A stretch of 32,000 nucleotides of DNA from Planctomycetales bacterium. GTDB taxonomy: Bacteria; 4484-113; JAFGCY01. The stretch spans positions 3,150,001 to 3,182,000 of the forward strand of contig CP060262.1 in NCBI GenBank assembly GCA_022646745.1, given 5' to 3'. Below the pieces are notes generated by a model. The model searched no databases. It was not told where the DNA came from and worked only from the letters and a program-made list of their open reading frames with translations. The translations under genes and the position numbers were made by a program. This document shows positions 1 through 5,139 of the stretch, piece by piece (the stretch's first letter is position 1; each line of letters opens with the position of its first letter).

Positions 1-1
1 G

Positions 2-280
2 GGTGGTGGCAAGGTCCGGCATGCTGAACTGCATATTGGCAATTCCATGGTGATGCTTGCCGATTCCCGCGAGGATATCCCTGCCAGGCCGACGATGATG
101 TATGTCTACGTCGCGGATGTCGACGAAACATACGCTAAGGCCATAGCCGCCGGCGCGCATTCAGAGAAGGAACCCTCTGACGAGTTCTACGGAGACAGGA
201 CGGCCGGACTACGCACGGACCGTGGCATGCAGTGGTACATCGCCACCCATACCGGCAAGACATGGGAGCCGGAGTACTGA
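2..280 (+). CDS. VOC / glyoxalase-bleomycin-resistance family protein (PhnB-like), C-terminal part; 5' end lies outside the window
   Basis: The frame is open from the window edge. The translation GGGKVRHAELHIGNSMVMLAD...MYVYVADVDETYAKAIAAGA...DEFYGDRTAGLRTDRGMQWYIATH has the beta-alpha-beta pattern and the FYGDR...W motif typical of PhnB-like VOC proteins. Confidence 0.7.
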   Translation, partial: GGGKVRHAELHIGNSMVMLADSREDIPARPTMMYVYVADVDETYAKAIAAGAHSEKEPSDEFYGDRTAGLRTDRGMQWYIATHTGKTWEPEY

Positions 281-299
281 TCCTATAATCTAGGCTCCA

Positions 300-1232
300 A
301 TGGCCCGCGAACCTGTGGGCCTTGCAGGGAGTCAAGCGAGCGTGCTAGCAACCATCATTGCGGGAAGGGGATTCGGAGCCTGGCTGGACAGGTACCAGGG
401 CTTCCTTGATCCGGACAACCCCTTCATCAGCTGGCTGCTGATCTTTGATGCAGCAATCCTGCTCGTGCACCTCTGGCTGGTGTTCTGGGTATACCGCGAT
501 GCCAGCTGGCGCTACAACCGCGGGGCACCCTGGGCCCTGCTGGCGTTCATTTTCCCCTTGGGCGGCTGGCTGTTCTACCTGATGTACCGCATCAGTCCGC
601 TGACCCAGTTCGACCGTGCCGAGCAGGAACTGTTCGATGACGACGAGCATGAGTGGACTGACTACGACGAATACAAGGCCAACCGCAACGCCAGCCTGTT
701 CCAGGAACTGTATGAGGCCAGCATGGAAGGCAGTGGCTACACCGCCGAGCAGCGCCAGAGCAGGCGCCGTGAACTGCGCAGGCAGCTTACACCGGAAGAG
801 AAGGTGGCCCGGCGTGAGGAACGCCTGAAGGAGAAGCAGCTGCGCCAGGAGAAGCTCAAGCAGGTTCGGGAGCAGAAGCAGGAGGACCGCAAGCAGGCGA
901 AGAGGGATGCGAAGGATCGCAGCACCATGACAGGTCGCCACGGATTCAGCTTTCGCATGAGCGACCGCCGGCAGGCCCGCATAAAGAAGCAGCTGCAGAT
1001 GCTCGAGACCCTTAAGAGCCTGCCGCGTGAGGACCAGATCATCGAGGAGATGATCTTTGAAATGGACTATGTCGGTGCGATGCAGGCGGCTGAGGACGCA
1101 TTGGAGATTGCGAAGGAGATGAATGATGCCCAGGGCCTTGTCACCTATGAGAAGTACCTTGAGCGCATCAAGCGCCTGATTGACGAGGAACTCGAGGAGG
1201 AACGGGAGATCGATTCCCACGGGCAGCAGTGA
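300..1232 (+). CDS. Membrane protein with an N-terminal PLDc_N-like (cardiolipin-synthase-N-terminal type) two-helix domain and a long charged coiled-coil tail
   Basis: 310-aa ORF. LWLVFWVYRDASWRYNRGAPWALLAFIFPLGGWLFYLMYR resembles the short PLDc_N membrane domain. Residues ~150-230 are extremely R/K/E/Q rich (RRELRRQLTPEEKVARREERLKEKQLRQEKLKQVREQKQEDRKQAKRDAKDR). The antisense 291-aa ORF is a high-GC shadow. Confidence 0.6.
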   Translation: MAREPVGLAGSQASVLATIIAGRGFGAWLDRYQGFLDPDNPFISWLLIFDAAILLVHLWLVFWVYRDASWRYNRGAPWALLAFIFPLGGWLFYLMYRISPLTQFDRAEQELFDDDEHEWTDYDEYKANRNASLFQELYEASMEGSGYTAEQRQSRRRELRRQLTPEEKVARREERLKEKQLRQEKLKQVREQKQEDRKQAKRDAKDRSTMTGRHGFSFRMSDRRQARIKKQLQMLETLKSLPREDQIIEEMIFEMDYVGAMQAAEDALEIAKEMNDAQGLVTYEKYLERIKRLIDEELEEEREIDSHGQQ

Positions 1233-1252
1233 ACCGGTGCTAGGATTGCCGC

Positions 1253-1915
1253 ATGCCCGATGAGTATGTCCTCGAGCGCTGGCGCGCAGCTGTCAGCGGA
1301 CGTGAATCCCAGCTTGAACGGACCCGCGAGTGGTACGGCAAGCTGTTCTCCCTGATGGCTGACCTGCGCAGCCCCGGCGGCTGTCCCTGGGATGTGGAAC
1401 AGAGCCTGGCCAGCCTGCGCCAGTACATCCGCGAGGAAGCGGATGAGGTCTGCAAGGCGATCGATGACATCCTTGCGTACGAGAATGAGCTTCGTGCCGA
1501 AGCCGGTATTCCACAGGACAACCCGGATCCTCCGGCAGAGGAAAAAGCCAGGACTGACAAGAAGGGACACAGCATAGCCCACCACCCGCACAATGCTGAT
1601 TTCTACGCGATAGCCTCAGCATCCGGCGCTCCCCTGCCCGATGAAATCACAGCTGAGCAGCAGGAAAAACTCGATGCCCTCTATGCGGAACTGGTCGAGG
1701 AAATCGGTGACCTGGCATTGCAAAGCGTCTTCCTTTCGGACATCCTGCATGGGATGAAACGGCCCGGACTGGACAGCAGCCTGGAGCAGATCGTGACCAA
1801 GCTGGTCCGTCGACATCCACATGTATACGGTGACACTCAGGCCGCTGACAGTGCCGAAGTGCTGTCCAACTGGCAGCGCATCAAGGACCAAGAGAAAAAG
1901 CAGACTGAACCTTAA
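1253..1915 (+). CDS. mazG: MazG-family nucleoside triphosphate pyrophosphohydrolase with a large internal insertion
   Basis: Canonical MazG motifs are present: GGCPWDVEQSLASLRQYIREEADEVCKAID, then ELVEEIGDLALQSVFLS, then KLVRRHPHVYG. The first two are separated by about 60-70 extra residues. Confidence 0.8.
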   Translation: MPDEYVLERWRAAVSGRESQLERTREWYGKLFSLMADLRSPGGCPWDVEQSLASLRQYIREEADEVCKAIDDILAYENELRAEAGIPQDNPDPPAEEKARTDKKGHSIAHHPHNADFYAIASASGAPLPDEITAEQQEKLDALYAELVEEIGDLALQSVFLSDILHGMKRPGLDSSLEQIVTKLVRRHPHVYGDTQAADSAEVLSNWQRIKDQEKKQTEP

Positions 1916-1937
1916 ATCCTGTGGAAACGTCCACGGG

Positions 1938-1943
1938 TATAAT
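1938..1943 (+). promoter_or_regulatory. Candidate -10 hexamer (TATAAT) upstream of the S8 protease gene
   Basis: A perfect TATAAT lies 30 nt upstream of the ATG at 1974, in the 58-nt gap after mazG. The -35 region (AATCCT at 17-nt spacing) is poor. Confidence 0.25.
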
Positions 1944-1973
1944 CAATCGACCGTCCAGGACAGAACTACACAC

Positions 1974-3680
1974 ATGAAAAGATACATCTCAAGCACCCTT
2001 GTAATCATGCTGGCCGGACTGCTGGCCTTCAGCGGTTCCACCCAGCATGCGACTGCGCAGACACCCAATCGGGGCACTGCAGTGCTGCCTGGGCAGTCCC
2101 AGATCCACGACCGCCAGATCCTTGTTGAGCTGCAGTCCAACGGGGATGCGAAATCCGCCTCCGCTGCGATGGCCAGCAAGGGCGTCAGCATGGTCGATAC
2201 CCTGTCGCTGAGCTACACGGACTACATGGTGGTGCGTGTGCCGGACGGAGACGACTACGAGGCTGTATTCCGCCGCTTGGAGAACGACCCAAACATTCGC
2301 TCAGTGACCCCGAATGTGGTGAAGCACATCTCTGAGTACATCCCAAATGACCCGCTGTTCCTCGGCACCGCCTCAGATGTGGAAAGTGGGCTGGCCAGTG
2401 GGGCGGGTTCCCCTGCCCTGTCCAATCAGTGGGGTCTGTTGATCAGTGGTGCCCAGGACGCCTGGGAAGTCACAACCGGCAAGAACAACATCGTGGTTGC
2501 CGTGCTGGACACCGGTGCCAAGCTGGACCACGAGGACCTGAAGAACCGCCTGTGGAACAACCCGGGAGAGGCAAAGGACGGCACTGACACGGATGGCAAC
2601 GGCTTCGTTGACGACGTGCACGGCTACGACTTCCAGGGCTACAGCCTGCCCGTCGGCGGTGGCGCCGGCAGTGGTGGCGATGGCGACCCGACGGACGAGG
2701 AAGCGAAGAGCGCTGATACCGTCTTCGACTCCCACGGTACCAGCACGGCCAGCATCGTGGCCGGCCAGACCAACAATGGAGTTGGCATGTCCGGCGTTGC
2801 CGGAGGAAACACTCCGTCCAGTGGAGTGCGCCTGATGATCTGCCGTGTCGGTACCGCCAGCACCATCAGCCTGGCTGCCGAGATCGGTGCGATTGACTAT
2901 GCTGTCAACAACGGCGCACACGTGATCACGATGAGCTTTGGCGGTGAGTCCGGTGGCGATGCCGAGGAAAATGCGATCAACCGTGCCTGGAATGCAGGTG
3001 TATACGTATGCGCCGCAGCCGGCAACTACCCACAGGGTGCCGCCGCCGGCGTGGACCTCCCGGCCGGGTTTGACAACTGCGTGGCCGTCGGCGCCACGAC
3101 GATCTTCAGCCCGGACAGCGTGAACGTCGGCCCCGGTGCCCAGGTTGTCAGCGAGTACCGCCCGAGCTACTCCAAGACCGGGCCTGAGGTGGAGATCTGC
3201 GCTCCCGGCACCCGCGTCATCAGTGCAGCCTGGGGTGGCAGCAATGCAACGGTCGACGGCTATATGGACAGCTTCCAGCACCAGTTCACCGGCACCTCAG
3301 CGGCAACCCCCGTGGTGGCTGGCCTCGCAGCCCTGCTTTACAGCGTGCTGCCCGACCCGGAGTCGGTAACCGCCAACCAGACCGTGCGTGACCGCATCAA
3401 CAGCACTGCCAAGGACCTCGGCCAGGCCGGCCGGGACGAGCAGTTCGGTTTCGGCCGGATCGAGATGGGTGAGGCGCTGGCGGCCTTTGCCACCGGCAAG
3501 GATGGCGATGCCAACGGTGACGGATTCGTGGATGAGGCTGACCTGGCGCTGATCATTGCCAACTATGGCAAGCGCAGCACCGATGCCGGTTACACTGCGC
3601 AGATGGACCTGAACAGCGACGGTGTGATCGATGAGCTGGATGTGCTCGAGATCGGCAAGTACTACGAAGCGGCCCCGTAG
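1974..3680 (+). CDS. Secreted subtilisin-like serine protease (peptidase S8) with an I9-like propeptide and a C-terminal dockerin domain
   Basis: I chose the start at MKRYISSTLVIMLAGLLAFSGSTQHATAQ (signal peptide); the track start at 1821 would overlap mazG. Catalytic triad motifs are VAVLDTGAKLDHEDL (Asp), FDSHGTSTASIVAG (His) and FTGTSAATPVVAGLAALL (Ser). The last ~56 aa, DANGDGFVDEADLALIIANYGK...DLNSDGVIDELDVLEIGKYY, form a duplicated EF-hand-like dockerin (nt ~3501-3677). Confidence 0.85.
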   Translation: MKRYISSTLVIMLAGLLAFSGSTQHATAQTPNRGTAVLPGQSQIHDRQILVELQSNGDAKSASAAMASKGVSMVDTLSLSYTDYMVVRVPDGDDYEAVFRRLENDPNIRSVTPNVVKHISEYIPNDPLFLGTASDVESGLASGAGSPALSNQWGLLISGAQDAWEVTTGKNNIVVAVLDTGAKLDHEDLKNRLWNNPGEAKDGTDTDGNGFVDDVHGYDFQGYSLPVGGGAGSGGDGDPTDEEAKSADTVFDSHGTSTASIVAGQTNNGVGMSGVAGGNTPSSGVRLMICRVGTASTISLAAEIGAIDYAVNNGAHVITMSFGGESGGDAEENAINRAWNAGVYVCAAAGNYPQGAAAGVDLPAGFDNCVAVGATTIFSPDSVNVGPGAQVVSEYRPSYSKTGPEVEICAPGTRVISAAWGGSNATVDGYMDSFQHQFTGTSAATPVVAGLAALLYSVLPDPESVTANQTVRDRINSTAKDLGQAGRDEQFGFGRIEMGEALAAFATGKDGDANGDGFVDEADLALIIANYGKRSTDAGYTAQMDLNSDGVIDELDVLEIGKYYEAAP

Positions 3681-3731
3681 GCAGTCTGCGCAGGTTGCAC
3701 TAAGTCAAACCTACGTTGATACAGGCCGGTG

Positions 3732-4019
3732 TCAGCCAGCGGTCACCTTTGGATGGCTGCGCACGAAGCTGACAGCCTTGTCCACGGCTTCCTTGACGGC
3801 GGCATGCATTGCCAGCTGCTCCTCAGAGCTCAGATAGAAAGAGGCGTCGATCGCGAAGCGCACATAGCGGCTGGGCAGTTGGTTCAGCGCCAGGCAGGCG
3901 ATGTCCTCCATCGCGCCAGGCTGCTCGGAAACCGGGTCACTGCCATACTCGGCACAGATGTACTGAAACACGAGCGATTCGTAGTAGTTCTTGACTGAAT
4001 CAAAGTTGATGTACTGCAT
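3732..4019 (-). CDS. comFB: ComFB-family protein (late competence development protein ComFB-like; family reported as a cyclic-di-nucleotide receptor)
   Basis: 95 aa. It has the N-terminal NYYESLVFQYI and the hallmark DIACLALNQLPSRYVR (LNxLPxxY) motif of the ComFB domain. A GGGAG Shine-Dalgarno lies 5 nt before the ATG. Confidence 0.7.
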   Translation of the reverse strand: MQYINFDSVKNYYESLVFQYICAEYGSDPVSEQPGAMEDIACLALNQLPSRYVRFAIDASFYLSSEEQLAMHAAVKEAVDKAVSFVRSHPKVTAG

Positions 4020-4092
4020 GGTTCTCCCGCGCGGCGGTTATAGCCAGATAGTAACGCCGGCCGTCAAGGTGTGTGGATGGCTTGACCGGGAT

Positions 4093-4470
4093 TTAGCAGT
4101 TCAGGTCACGGCTGGCGCTGCCAATCCCCTTCTGCATCCCAGTACCAGCTGCATAACCCTTCAGGGCACGGCCGGCACTGGACGCCTTTTTCAACTGGTT
4201 GCGCATCAGCATCATGCGGTCCTGCACCAGGTTCTCCAAGGAATGCTCCTCGCTCAGGATACTGGACAGACGAGCTCCGATGCGCTCACGCAGGTCCGCT
4301 GGTACACGCAGGGGATCGATGCCGGACAGGCGGCTGTGCTTTTCATCAGTGATCTGTTCCAGCTGCTCGAGCGAATCATCAAGCACCACAGTGCGCGTGC
4401 GCTGCTGCAGCAGTTCAACTTCATCAAGCTGGAGGTCCAGCCATTCAGCAGAATGGGTAGTGGTTGTCAT
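4093..4470 (-). CDS. Small helical protein, candidate FlgN/FliT-like flagellar export chaperone (function by position and composition only)
   Basis: 125 aa, all-helical composition rich in L/E/Q/R. It lies 39 nt downstream of fliS, the position fliT occupies in Bacillus. GGGGAG SD lies 5 nt before the ATG. I saw no diagnostic motif. Confidence 0.4.
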   Translation of the reverse strand: MTTTTHSAEWLDLQLDEVELLQQRTRTVVLDDSLEQLEQITDEKHSRLSGIDPLRVPADLRERIGARLSSILSEEHSLENLVQDRMMLMRNQLKKASSAGRALKGYAAGTGMQKGIGSASRDLNC

Positions 4471-4509
4471 TTCTTCTCCCCGGGATAATGCTGCCGGAGA
4501 GAAGTTTCG

Positions 4510-4989
4510 TCAGCCCTGCAGGTTCAACCTGCCACCGATCGGTGTGCCAACAGTCTCGACTTCACGTCCAGCATGGCTTATATCGGCAGTGCTGGAGGCT
4601 TCTGGAACGACTGAGAGCGGCCGGGCCATGCCAAAGGATTCGCACCAGGTCCCATGCAGGGGAACGAGCAGGCTGAGCACTTCATCAAGCGGGCCGGACT
4701 GCTTGTGCATGTCGGCTTCCTTGAGGCGGCTCAGCATGAAGTCGTAGAGCTGCTCAAGGCCCTTGGCAATCTCACCACCCTTTTCAAAGTCGAGGGTCGC
4801 CATCAGCTCAGCGATGATCGCATAGCAGCGCAGGATGGCATGGTGCGCCGGCTCAATCTCGCCGGCAGTGATATGCCGCATTGCCACTCGTGCGAAACGG
4901 ATGGCCCCGGAGTACAGCATCTCCACGAGCTTCACCGGGTCAGCCTGGTTGACTGCACTGTTCGTATAGGGATTGGCAGGGCTGCTCAT
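4510..4989 (-). CDS. fliS: Flagellar export chaperone FliS
   Basis: MSSPANPYTNSAVNQADPVKLVEMLYSGAIRFARVA...AHHAILRCYAIIAELMATLDFEKGGEIAKGLEQLYDFMLSRL matches the conserved FliS four-helix pattern (NxY ... LYdGai ... ii.EL...Ld...Ggeia..L..LY.y). I chose the start at 4989; the track start at 5064 would run into the upstream terminator. Confidence 0.85.
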   Translation of the reverse strand: MSSPANPYTNSAVNQADPVKLVEMLYSGAIRFARVAMRHITAGEIEPAHHAILRCYAIIAELMATLDFEKGGEIAKGLEQLYDFMLSRLKEADMHKQSGPLDEVLSLLVPLHGTWCESFGMARPLSVVPEASSTADISHAGREVETVGTPIGGRLNLQG

Positions 4990-5001
4990 TGTGCAGGGAG
5001 T

Positions 5002-5009
5002 ATATCGGC
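5002..5009 (-). promoter_or_regulatory. Candidate sigma-28 (FliA/SigD) -10 box GCCGATAT upstream of fliS
   Basis: The minus strand reads GCCGATAT, an 8/8 match to the Bacillus SigD-type -10 consensus, and ends 12 nt before the fliS ATG. No convincing TAAA -35 lies 14-16 nt upstream. No SD lies between the box and the ATG. Confidence 0.35.
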
Positions 5010-5060
5010 GCGATTGCTGGACTGCCGTACTTGTATTCAAATGTAACCCTGTATCCAGAA

Positions 5061-5091
5061 ACAAAAAAATCCCCCCGCCGGAGCGGGGGGA
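5061..5091 (-). terminator. Rho-independent terminator of the 791-aa lipoprotein gene
   Basis: The minus strand reads TCCCCCCGC-tccg-GCGGGGGGA (9-bp GC stem) followed by TTTTTTTGTTT, 49 nt after the stop at 5140. Confidence 0.85.
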
Positions 5092-5139
5092 CGTTTGCCC
5101 GTGATTGTCGGCCAGCTTGCACTGACCGGGATCTACTGC

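Noticed and set aside
1821-1973. Upstream extension of the S8 protease ORF, overlapping the mazG 3' end by 95 nt
   Set aside because: The extension has no signal peptide and a Cys/Arg/Lys-rich nonsense-like composition. A canonical signal peptide starts at the ATG at 1974.
3681-3731. Terminator between the convergent protease and comFB genes
   Set aside because: Only a 5-bp AGGTT/AACCT pairing is present, with no U-tract. This is not enough to call a terminator.
5042-5057. Sigma-54-like element TGGATACAGGGTTACA (minus strand) upstream of fliS
   Set aside because: It has TGG and TT-CA at roughly the right spacing, but it lacks the near-invariant GC of the -12 element (TTACA instead of TTGCA) and the GGCAC of the -24 element. 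It also lies directly against the terminator U-tract. I judged it a chance resemblance.
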